From: Acidimicrobiia bacterium
GTDB taxonomy: Bacteria; Actinomycetota; Acidimicrobiia; Spongiisociales; UBA5794
DNA: 33,821 nt
Direction: 5' to 3'
Assembly (NCBI GenBank): GCA_030066715.1
Contig: JASJBC010000045.1
Location: forward strand, 1 to 33,821
The position numbers and the translations under genes are program-made. A model generated the notes under the pieces. It saw only the letters and a program-made list of their open reading frames with translations, did no database searches and was not told the DNA's origin. Shown here one piece after another: positions 24,433 to 32,277 of this stretch; positions within the stretch are counted from its first letter, which is position 1, and the number at the start of each line of letters is the position of its first letter.

Positions 24433-25710
24433 CTAGCTGCGTGCCAGTACCCGGTTGACGTAGAGGGACTGGAGCTGCTTGCTGGCTAGGGCCTTCTTGG
24501 CGGGTGGGGCCTTGAGGATGGCGCCGAGGATGGCCGCCATCATCCGGTGGCTGGCCAGAGCGTTGTTGTCGAAGATGAGGTTCTGCAGCTTGCCCCGCTC
24601 GATCGCCATGAGCACCGCACGCTGCGCCGAGTCCACCGGGGTGATCACCCGCTCGCCGCGAGCTTCCAGCCGGAGCCCGTCTCGATCACAAGTGCGCACA
24701 CAGACACCGCAGCCCAGGCAGAGGTCCTTGTCGACCTTCGCCTTCTTTCTCCGCAGTCGGTGCGGATCGTTGGCCGAGGTCAGGCTCATCGCCTCAACGG
24801 GGCAGGCGGTTACGCATTTGCCGCACCCGTTGCAGTCCTCCTCGGCGACGACCGGGAGGAAGTTCGAGGTGTGGATCGGGTCCATGACCCCGAACTTGCG
24901 GGCGGCGATCATCGCCTCGCAGCAGCAGCCACAGCAATTGCAGATGAAGTTGACCCGCTGCTGGATGTTCTCGCCGAACTGGACGAGGTTGTTGTCCTGG
25001 GCCTCGTCGAGCAGGTCGAGACCCTCGGCGACGTCGACCTCCCGAGCAAAGCCGTGCCTGATGAGGGACGAAGCAGTGTTGTTGAACGTCATGCAGATGT
25101 TCTGCGGGGCCTCGCATGCCATGCCGACGTGCTCCATCTTGTGACGGCAGTAGCAGACCCCAACCGCCATGCTCGATGCGCTGCGGATGACCTCGCTGGC
25201 CCGCTCGTAGTCGAGCACCTGAATGCCGTTGTCCAGCGGAAGGACCGCCTCCTGAACGAAGACCCGGCCCAGTTGTGTCTCACCGTCCGCGAACAGCGCC
25301 TTGATGAACTCGTCCTCGACGTTCATGTACTCGTAGAACAGCTCGCCGAGCACCTTCTGGTCGATGTCGTCGCGCAGCCGCATCATCGAGAACTCGAAGA
25401 ACCCGGCCATCGGCGGGGGGAGTACGTACACGCGCTCGCCGTTGCCATTCTCCATGTCGAGCAGAATGGCGCGACCGGCCAACTCCTCGAGGATGCCGGT
25501 GGTCTCGACCAGCGGCAGCTTCCAGGCGCGTGCGGCCCGTTCCGCGGTGAACGGCCGGATCGGGAGGCGGGCGACGAGACCGGCCTCCTTCTCGCTGAAT
25601 AGCATCTCGAGGATTGCATAGAGGACCGCAGACGGAGGGGCGCCCTGGGGGTATCGGTTCAGCCTGTCTGTGAGCTGCTCGTATCCGCTGCGGACTGTCT
25701 GATGAGCCAT
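24433..25710 (-). CDS. Fe-S cluster protein with two 4Fe-4S ferredoxin motifs and a CCG-like Cys-rich motif (function unknown)
   Basis: 425 aa. CNGCGKCVTACP and CLGCGVCVRTCD (CxxCxxCxxxCP ferredoxin motifs). Additional NFICNCCGCCCE cysteine cluster and CYCRHKMEH…C. No further family assignment is possible by eye. Confidence 0.6.
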   Translation of the reverse strand: MAHQTVRSGYEQLTDRLNRYPQGAPPSAVLYAILEMLFSEKEAGLVARLPIRPFTAERAARAWKLPLVETTGILEELAGRAILLDMENGNGERVYVLPPPMAGFFEFSMMRLRDDIDQKVLGELFYEYMNVEDEFIKALFADGETQLGRVFVQEAVLPLDNGIQVLDYERASEVIRSASSMAVGVCYCRHKMEHVGMACEAPQNICMTFNNTASSLIRHGFAREVDVAEGLDLLDEAQDNNLVQFGENIQQRVNFICNCCGCCCEAMIAARKFGVMDPIHTSNFLPVVAEEDCNGCGKCVTACPVEAMSLTSANDPHRLRRKKAKVDKDLCLGCGVCVRTCDRDGLRLEARGERVITPVDSAQRAVLMAIERGKLQNLIFDNNALASHRMMAAILGAILKAPPAKKALASKQLQSLYVNRVLARS

Positions 25711-25839
25711 CCAGGAACCTCGCGTCGGTCACGACAAGTTTCGACGATTGTGCAGCCGCGGTCCATTCGACGTCGATTCATTTGCCGGGCCAATCGGCCT
25801 TACGCTGCGGACGGCCAGCGAGTGCCTTAGGAGGACGCC

Positions 25840-26328
25840 GTGGAGTACGTGGAGATGGTCTGCAGGCTGGCTGCGGTCGATCCCGCAGTCGAGGTTCCGG
25901 CGGGAGTGGACGTCGTGCCACTGCGCGATGTGGCCGTTGCCGACCTACGCGCTCTGTACATGGCGGCGTTTGCCGCCGGCGACGCTGAGTTCTTCTTCAA
26001 TCAGGGCGAGGAGGAGCGGTGCCGCTACTTCGCCACACTCGGTCGGGAGCAGGCGATCGAGGACGGGGCGTCACACGCCCTTCACCACTCCGGCCGGCTG
26101 GCCGGGTTCACCTATGTCCTCCCCTATGGCAGCGACAATCGTCACGTCTCCTGCATGGTCGTCCGGCCTGATATGCAGAGTCGGGGGCTGGGCAAGCTGA
26201 TGCTGGGGATTGCCCAGCAGCGTGCCGCTGCCGAGGGGGCGCAAACGATGACGCTCGGTACCGAGACCGCAATGCGCGCCTACCACCTCTACCGCAATCA
26301 CGGCTTCGCCGTGGTGGCCGCGGGTTAG
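25840..26328 (+). CDS. GNAT-family N-acetyltransferase
   Basis: 162 aa. Acetyl-CoA binding motif A (VVRPDMQSRGLGKLML, Q/RxxGxG/A). C-terminal motif B (YHLYRNHGF). Confidence 0.75.
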   Translation: MEYVEMVCRLAAVDPAVEVPAGVDVVPLRDVAVADLRALYMAAFAAGDAEFFFNQGEEERCRYFATLGREQAIEDGASHALHHSGRLAGFTYVLPYGSDNRHVSCMVVRPDMQSRGLGKLMLGIAQQRAAAEGAQTMTLGTETAMRAYHLYRNHGFAVVAAG

Positions 26329-27209
26329 CCGGCTTCCTCGTGAGCCCGCATTGCCAGCGCAATCGCCCCGTAGAGTCCGGCGTCCTGGCCCAGCTGCGGA
26401 TACACCACGTAGTCGTCGAGGCTTCCTTGGCGGATGTGCGACGTTGCGTAGCCGGCAAGCTGCTCTCCGAGCTTGTCGCGGACGCGCTCGATCAACCCGG
26501 GAACCTGCATCACCCCACCCCCGATGATCACCCGCTGCGGTGCGACGACGTACGAGTACGACCGCAGCGCCTGTGCCACGTAGGTCGCCTCCAAGTCCCA
26601 GACCTCGTCCCTGGCAGCGAGCTCAGTGCCGCTTGCTCCCCAACGATCTTCGATCGCCGGACCCGCCGCCATGCCCTCGAAGCAGGCGCCGTGGAACGGG
26701 CAGTGGCCCGCGTAGTCGTCACCGGCGACCCGCTCCAGAGTGATGTGACCCATCTCGGGATGGCCCATCCCGTGGTGAACCTTCCCGTCGATGAACACGC
26801 CACCGCCGATGCCGGTCCCGATCGTCAGGTAGACGAAATGGGACAGGCCGCGGGCGGCGCCCCATTGCCACTCGCCGAGTGCGGCCCCGCCGACGTCCAC
26901 ATCGATGGCCGCCGGTACTCCCAGGGCGCTCCTTACCCGGTCCAGGACCGGCGTACCCGCCCAGTGCGGTTTGGGGGTTGCGGTGATGGCCCCATAGTTT
27001 GCCGAGCCCGGCAGGAGGTCCAGCGGCCCGAAACAGGCGATGCCGGCCGCAACGACCGGCCCGTGCGACAAGACGAAGTCGACTGTGGCACCGAGTGTCT
27101 CGTCGGGGGTGGTCGTCGCAATGGTCGTGTCGGCGACGACCTCGCGCTCTTGGGAGATGGCAACCCGGAACTTCGTGCCGCCGGCTTCGATAGCGGCGTA
27201 GCGACTCAT
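26325..27209 (-). CDS. ROK-family sugar kinase (glucokinase/fructokinase-like)
   Basis: Start chosen at ATG 27207-27209 (MSRYAAIEAGGTKF, the ATP-binding DxGGT motif). ROK signature with zinc-binding H…HCPFHGACFEG. CFGPLD motif. The upstream extension is rejected. Confidence 0.8.
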   Translation of the reverse strand: MSRYAAIEAGGTKFRVAISQEREVVADTTIATTTPDETLGATVDFVLSHGPVVAAGIACFGPLDLLPGSANYGAITATPKPHWAGTPVLDRVRSALGVPAAIDVDVGGAALGEWQWGAARGLSHFVYLTIGTGIGGGVFIDGKVHHGMGHPEMGHITLERVAGDDYAGHCPFHGACFEGMAAGPAIEDRWGASGTELAARDEVWDLEATYVAQALRSYSYVVAPQRVIIGGGVMQVPGLIERVRDKLGEQLAGYATSHIRQGSLDDYVVYPQLGQDAGLYGAIALAMRAHEEAG

Positions 27210-27225
27210 CCGACGACGATACCTC

Positions 27226-27615
27226 TCAGCCGGTGATGCGGTCGATTTCCATCGCAACGTCGACTCTCGTCTCGCCCGGCTGTGACCACAGGTATCGATC
27301 AGCCTCGGTGTACTTGCGGGCCATGTGATCGATCAGGTCCATGCCTCTGGGCTCGATCTCAACCGCCCGGCCGTGCAGCACGATGTTGCGGTACGGGTCA
27401 TCGGGCGGCGAGAACGAGACGGCGATGCGTGGATCGCGGCGCAGGTTCCGCGGCTTGGCCCGGCCTTCGGCCGTGCTGAACCGCAGCAAGTCACCATCGA
27501 GATCGGCCCAGATGACAGAGATCTGCGGTGAGCCGTCGGGATTGATGGTTGCCGCATGGAAGAAGATCGGTTCGCTGAGGAGCGCCCGTACATCGTCGGG
27601 GATTGAGGCTGGCAA
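27226..27615 (-). CDS. Pyridoxamine 5'-phosphate oxidase-family protein (PPOX class, probable F420/FMN-binding split-barrel)
   Basis: 129 aa. Characteristic PPOX-class small protein layout (…IFFHAATINPDGSPQISVIWADLDGDLLRFSTAEGRAKPRNLRRDPRIAVSF…). Confidence 0.75.
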   Translation of the reverse strand: MPASIPDDVRALLSEPIFFHAATINPDGSPQISVIWADLDGDLLRFSTAEGRAKPRNLRRDPRIAVSFSPPDDPYRNIVLHGRAVEIEPRGMDLIDHMARKYTEADRYLWSQPGETRVDVAMEIDRITG

Positions 27616-27723
27616 GTTCGGCTCCTTGTTCGTTCGAGCTGCGACGCTAGCTCGCCTCGCGAAGGCTGGAAGTCGCTGTGCAAGTGCGCGATGCTGTCGG
27701 CGGCGTCCATCCGGAGATTGATT

Positions 27724-28002
27724 GTGGAGCAGGTAGAGGAATTTCAGGTAAAGGGTGACGATCTGCTGGGACGGGTCAGGGAGCTGATTGCCGAAGGCAA
27801 CGTACGCAACCTGACGATCAAGAACGCTGATGGCCGCACCATGTTGGAGATCCCCCTGACGATCGGCGTAGTCGGCGCTCTGATAGCGCCAGTGGCAGCC
27901 GCCATCGGTGCCGTCGCTGCGTTGGTCACCGAGTGCACCATCACCGTCACCCGTGAAGGCGAGAGCGAACCAGTGGACTCAACCGAGTCCGAGGCGGAGT
28001 AG
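27724..28002 (+). CDS. DUF4342-family small protein
   Basis: Matches the DUF4342 pattern (EEFQVKGDDLLGRVRELIAEGNVRNLTIKNADGRTMLEIPLTIGVVGALIAPVAAAIGAVAALVTECTITV). The start is proposed at the in-frame GTG at 27724, preceded by GGAGA. The ORF-track ATG at 27691 would add 11 non-conserved residues. The 3' end overlaps the convergent regulator gene by 24 nt. Confidence 0.55.
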   Translation: MEQVEEFQVKGDDLLGRVRELIAEGNVRNLTIKNADGRTMLEIPLTIGVVGALIAPVAAAIGAVAALVTECTITVTREGESEPVDSTESEAE

Positions 28003-28776
28003 GCGCTCGGTCTCCGGGTCGGCTGCAAGGAAGCTCTCGAGTCGCAGCTCCTCGAGCGTGATGTCGTGCGCCTCGCCGATGGTGGCGATGGTCGAGAAGA
28101 GCCGCAGATCCACCTCGCCCACCCGGTAGTGGACCGGAACCAGCAGATCGTCCGGCCCGGGGCGTGCCGGAGCCCTCTGCAGTTCGGCGACGCCGGGGTA
28201 GCTGAGGATCTCGGCACGGAGCGCGAGGAGAACAGAGTCGGTGGGACGTCCGGTCAGCTCATGCTCGATGCGGTGCAGTGCCGACGTGGCTACTTGCTCC
28301 CAGTTCACGATGTGGCGGCGCACCCCGTCCGGATGGAGCACGAGCTTGATTGCGTTCACCCCATCGGCAACCGCCGGGCTGGACGGATCGATCAGCGTCG
28401 TCGTGAAACGTATAGCCGCCTCGTTGCTCAGCACGACGTCCCAACCGCGATCGACGACGATCGCCGGGAACGGCTCATGGGAGTGGAGAATCGTGGTCAG
28501 AACCCCGCGCACCTGGTCCAGGGCGGGCTCGGTGAGGTGGGTCTCCGAATACTCCGGGGCATAACCGGCGGCGGTGAGCATCGCGTTGCGGTCGCGCAGA
28601 GGCACGTCGAGGGCGATGGCCAGATGGATCACCATCTCCCGGCTCGGTTTGGCCCGTCCGGTCTCCAGAAAGCTGACGTGTCGTTGCGAGACGTCGGCGA
28701 CCGTGGCCAGTTCGAGCTGACTGAGCCGGCGCGCCGAACGCCAGCTCTTGAGTGCGGACGCGTAAGTCGTCGTCAT
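27979..28776 (-). CDS. XRE-family HTH transcriptional regulator with MmyB-like C-terminal ligand-binding domain
   Basis: Start chosen at ATG 28774-28776 (MTTTYASALKSWRSARRLSQLELATVADVSQRHVSFLETGRAKPS, a Cro/C1-type HTH). The C-terminal about 170 aa resembles the MmyB-family regulator domain. The long N-terminal extension of the six-frame ORF is rejected. Confidence 0.7.
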   Translation of the reverse strand: MTTTYASALKSWRSARRLSQLELATVADVSQRHVSFLETGRAKPSREMVIHLAIALDVPLRDRNAMLTAAGYAPEYSETHLTEPALDQVRGVLTTILHSHEPFPAIVVDRGWDVVLSNEAAIRFTTTLIDPSSPAVADGVNAIKLVLHPDGVRRHIVNWEQVATSALHRIEHELTGRPTDSVLLALRAEILSYPGVAELQRAPARPGPDDLLVPVHYRVGEVDLRLFSTIATIGEAHDITLEELRLESFLAADPETERLLRLGLG

Positions 28777-28831
28777 TGATCCAGCCTCGCACTGTTGGGT
28801 ATGTACGGAAACTACCTGCCAGGTAGTTGAG

Positions 28832-29263
28832 ATGATGACGTCTGTTGCCCACGATGCCGCCATAGCGACAGAAGGACCACTGATGAAACTCGATACCGTC
28901 ATGGTGCGGGATGCCTGGGCGACGGGCACCTCGACCGTTCTCACCATTGCTGCAGCCCCCTTGTTGGGGGGATGGCTCGGCGTCTCAGGCTGGATCGTCG
29001 CTGCAGTCGGGCTGGCACTCGTCCCCTGGACGGTTTTCCTCGCAATGACGGCCCGCCAGGATCCGCTGATCAAGTGGCGGACGGCGGTCATCGCCGCCGG
29101 GAACCTGGCCTGGGTGGTCGCCGCGGCGGTCCTCGTCATCGGCTACCCGGGCGCCATGTCGACCACGGGGCGCTGGCTGCTGGGCCTATTCAGCCTCGTT
29201 GTTCTCGGCTTCGGCTTGCTGCAGACGATCGGGCTGCTGCGTTGGGGAGATCCCGGCGCCTAA
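28832..29263 (+). CDS. Hypothetical membrane protein (about 4 TM), divergent from the MmyB-like regulator
   Basis: 143-aa ORF whose C-terminal 110 aa are hydrophobic helices. The start may be the internal MKLDTVMV (28883). No motif recognised. Confidence 0.4.
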   Translation: MMTSVAHDAAIATEGPLMKLDTVMVRDAWATGTSTVLTIAAAPLLGGWLGVSGWIVAAVGLALVPWTVFLAMTARQDPLIKWRTAVIAAGNLAWVVAAAVLVIGYPGAMSTTGRWLLGLFSLVVLGFGLLQTIGLLRWGDPGA

Positions 29264-29357
29264 AGGATCATTTGCGGGGTAGTCATGTTCACGTGGGCGC
29301 CCGAGTCACAATGACCGCAGCGGCGTCCACAACTGGGACGACTTCTAGGATGTGCAG

Positions 29358-29594
29358 ATGAAGCTGAGCATTGAATACTGCGCTGTTTGAGGGTATCGCG
29401 ACCGTGCCGTGAGCATGGCAGGCAAAATCCTCGAAGAGTTCGAGCACAAGATCGAAGACTTCACGCTCATCCCGGGACGTGGTGGCGTGTTTGAGATAGT
29501 CGTTGGTGACGAGTTGGTCTACTCGAAGAAGGAGACCGGCGAGCATACGGACTACGAGGCTGTGGCCCCGGCGATCCGTGCCATTTTCGGCTAG
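29358..29594 (+). CDS. SelW/Rdx-family thioredoxin-like protein with in-frame TGA at the CxxU position (candidate selenoprotein)
   Basis: Reading from ATG 29358 gives MKLSIEYCAV-TGA-GYRDRAVSMAGKILEEFEHKIEDFTLIPGRGGVFEIVVGDELVYSKKETGEHTDYEAVAPAIRAIFG. The Rdx/SelW hallmark IEYCxx(C/U)GY is reconstituted exactly, with TGA at 29388-29390 in the Sec position. The C-terminal …PGxGGxFEVxVdGELVfSKKE… matches the family. The ORF track only reports the part after the TGA (29409-29594). Confidence 0.6.
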
Positions 29595-29625
29595 TTCCTC
29601 TACCGCAGCTAATCTCCTCCGTCTC

Positions 29626-29823
29626 ATGAAGAACGGGACCAGCAGGGCCGTCCTAGTCGGTGATCTTTTTCGCAGCGACGGCCCGTTTCTGTCGACTGCC
29701 GACGACTTCGTCGCATGGCGGTGTGGCTTCTGCGGCCACCCGGTGGATGACGACGCCCACTTCACGGCAGACGGTTTCTGGTGTGCGGCGTGTGCGACGG
29801 CGCTGGCCGCTTCCGCCAGGTAG
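29626..29823 (+). CDS. Hypothetical small CxxC…CxxC (zinc-ribbon-like) protein
   Basis: 65 aa from ATG 29626 (MKNGTSRAVLVGDLF…WRCGFCGHP…FWCAACATALA). Two Cys pairs. No convincing RBS. Could be non-coding. Confidence 0.3.
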   Translation: MKNGTSRAVLVGDLFRSDGPFLSTADDFVAWRCGFCGHPVDDDAHFTADGFWCAACATALAASAR

Positions 29824-29824
29824 C

Positions 29825-31393
29825 TCAGTCGAGCCAGAGCGGCTTGGCCGGATCGACTTCCGCCTTCATCCCGTCGACGTAGGTGGCGATGACCTGAGTT
29901 GCGCGTAGTTCGTCCGGAGTTGCAGCGACGGGATCGCGATCGGCGACGACCAAGTCGGCGGGGCTACCGATCGCCAGCGGCACCGGCTCGCCGAGGGCGA
30001 GTGCGGCGCCCGTCGTGTACATCGCAAGAGCGCGGTGCGCCTCGAGCGACTCGGCCGGCACCATTCCAGATCGATCGCGCGCCAGGGCCATGCCCGCCCA
30101 GGGGTCGGGAGGTTCGACCGGGGAATCGGAACTGCCGGCGAGTGTGACTCCCGCCGCATCGAGGGTGGCGAAGGCATATGTCCGCTGGAGCCTCTCGCGG
30201 CCGAGCCGGTTTCCGAGCCATTCCGCCTCGGAGCCCAGAAACGGGGGCTGAACGACAGCGATGGCGCGGGTGGCCGCCAGCCGATCCATGTCCGCCCTGG
30301 TGAGGACAGAGGCATGCTCGATCCGTAGCTTGCCCGGATCGGCGCCGTCGGCGATCAGGTCCTCGAACATGTCGATGACGGCGCCACATGCGGAGTCACC
30401 GATGGCGTGGATTGCCGCTCCACCGCCCAGAGCAAGGCTGGCCTCGGTGATGACCCTGTCGATATCGGCCAGACGCATCGTCCCGGAAGTTGCCACGTCG
30501 ACGTAGTCGTGATGCATCGCCGCGGTGTGGCCGCCAAAGCTGCCGTCGCCGAATCGCTTGATGCCAAGCCAGCGCAGCCTGGCGGGGGCAGCATCGACGA
30601 GCGCCTTGGTGGCCGCCACCGTGTCGGGCGCGTCCTCGATCACGTAGGCCCCTACCTTGAGGGGCATCCGGTCGGCTGCTGCGACCGCAATCTCGACCTC
30701 GTTGCCAAGGCTTGCCCATGCCCCGGAACCGGTGCGCAGGATCGCTCCGATGGAGGTGATGCCGATTGCGGCCAGCCGCTCCAATGCATCGAGAAGGTCC
30801 TGCGGGCTGATTTGGTTGCCGCCACCAAGCCGCTCCGCGACCAGTTCGATCCCGGTTTCCCGCAGTACCCCGGTGGGGACCCCGTCACTGTCGCGGTCGA
30901 TGACGCCCCCCGTGGGATCGGGCGTGCCCGCATCGATGCCGGCCAAGCGCAGCGCAGCCGAGTTGGCTATCGCAACGTGGCCGCAGTAGCGGTGGACGAG
31001 CGCGGGCCGATCCGGGAAGCCACGGTCGAGCACTTCGCGGGTGGGGAGCCGCCGCTCATCCAGGGTCTCCTCGTTCAGCCTCATCCCGGTCACGGCGGTG
31101 CCACTCGGCAACGTGCCCGCATCCTTCTCGAGCCGAGCAACGATCTCGGCGAAATTGGAGGCGGTCGCCAGAGTCGTGCCGCGCAAGGCAGCGGCGTAAG
31201 CGACCGGGTGGATATGAGCGTCACGCAGCCCGGGCACGATGATGCCGTCCTGGTAGACGATCTCGGGAGCCGCCCCCATCAACTCGCTGCGGTCGCCCAC
31301 CGCGGCAACCTTGCCGGCGACGACCAGGACTGAGTTGCCGATTACCCCTGCCGCAGTGCGGACGGCCCTTGCGGTGAGCAGACGATCCATCAC
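29825..31393 (-). CDS. Amidohydrolase-family (Amidohydro_3) metal-dependent hydrolase
   Basis: 522 aa. N-terminal …GIIVPGLRDAHIHPV… (HxH metal-binding motif). Size and architecture are typical of the amidohydrolase 3 family. Substrate unknown. Confidence 0.8.
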   Translation of the reverse strand: MMDRLLTARAVRTAAGVIGNSVLVVAGKVAAVGDRSELMGAAPEIVYQDGIIVPGLRDAHIHPVAYAAALRGTTLATASNFAEIVARLEKDAGTLPSGTAVTGMRLNEETLDERRLPTREVLDRGFPDRPALVHRYCGHVAIANSAALRLAGIDAGTPDPTGGVIDRDSDGVPTGVLRETGIELVAERLGGGNQISPQDLLDALERLAAIGITSIGAILRTGSGAWASLGNEVEIAVAAADRMPLKVGAYVIEDAPDTVAATKALVDAAPARLRWLGIKRFGDGSFGGHTAAMHHDYVDVATSGTMRLADIDRVITEASLALGGGAAIHAIGDSACGAVIDMFEDLIADGADPGKLRIEHASVLTRADMDRLAATRAIAVVQPPFLGSEAEWLGNRLGRERLQRTYAFATLDAAGVTLAGSSDSPVEPPDPWAGMALARDRSGMVPAESLEAHRALAMYTTGAALALGEPVPLAIGSPADLVVADRDPVAATPDELRATQVIATYVDGMKAEVDPAKPLWLD

Positions 31394-31405
31394 TGCTCCC
31401 CGGAG

Positions 31406-32191
31406 CTACAAGACATGGTCGGGTAGCGCAGACTCGACTATCCCCTGGAGACCTTCGTGCAAATGGGGGTTGGCAAGGACGAAGTGGTTGGCGCCAAGGC
31501 GATAGTCGTTGCCCATCCCATCGGTCAGCTCAGCCCCAGCTTCGGTGGCGATCAGTACGCCGGCGGCAACGTCCCACAGTCCGAGCGAGTACTCCCAGTA
31601 GGCATCGAACCTGCCGCAGGCGACCCAGCAGAAGTCGAGCGCCGCACTGCCGAGGCGCCGAATCCCGTTGACGTGTGCGAGCACTGCGGCGACGGTCTTG
31701 CCGTAGGCCTCGGCATGACGATCGTGGTCGTACGGGAAGCCGGTGACGACCACAGCGCGATGGAGTGCCTCGGTGGCGGATACCGTGATCGGTTCACCGT
31801 TGCGGGTGGCGCCTGCGCCCGCCGCGGCCGCAAAGACCTCTTGGCGAAGCACGTCGACGACAACTCCGACAAGCGGCGTGTCTCGGTCATAGAGCGCCAC
31901 GGAGACTCCGACGTGCGGGATCCCATGTATGAAGTTGACCGTGCCGTCGAGCGGATCGATGATCCAGCGGCGTCCTGCCGAGGGACGTGAGCTCCCTTCC
32001 TCCCCGAGCAGCCCGTCGTCGGGGCGATGCTCGGTGAGCATGGACACAATTGCGCTCTCTGCGGCCCGGTCCACCTCGGTGACGGGGTCGAGCCGACCCT
32101 TCTGTTCCGTGACCGAGTGGGTGCCAAAGCCGCCGCGCACGATTGCTGCGCCGGTCTGGGCGGCGGCGATCGCCAGTTCGAGATCGTTCAT
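31406..32191 (-). CDS. Inositol monophosphatase-family phosphatase (SuhB/ImpA/HisN-like)
   Basis: Start at ATG 32189-32191 (MNDLELAIAAAQTGAAIV…). Motifs WIIDPLDGTVNFIHG (DPxDGT) and the metal-binding E/D residues of the IMPase fold. Co-directional with, and 12 nt downstream of, the amidohydrolase gene. Confidence 0.8.
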   Translation of the reverse strand: MNDLELAIAAAQTGAAIVRGGFGTHSVTEQKGRLDPVTEVDRAAESAIVSMLTEHRPDDGLLGEEGSSRPSAGRRWIIDPLDGTVNFIHGIPHVGVSVALYDRDTPLVGVVVDVLRQEVFAAAAGAGATRNGEPITVSATEALHRAVVVTGFPYDHDRHAEAYGKTVAAVLAHVNGIRRLGSAALDFCWVACGRFDAYWEYSLGLWDVAAGVLIATEAGAELTDGMGNDYRLGANHFVLANPHLHEGLQGIVESALPDHVL

Positions 32192-32277
32192 GTGATGCAG
32201 CCTACGGCAACACCACCCTCGGCTATCCGCGGGCGCCGATCGCACAACGCATCGGCCTGGCTACCCTCCATGGTTCG

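Noticed and set aside
29289-29765. 158-aa minus-strand ORF overlapping the SelW-like and zinc-ribbon ORFs
   Set aside because: It is antisense to the well-conserved Rdx-family reading frame, and has no recognisable motif.
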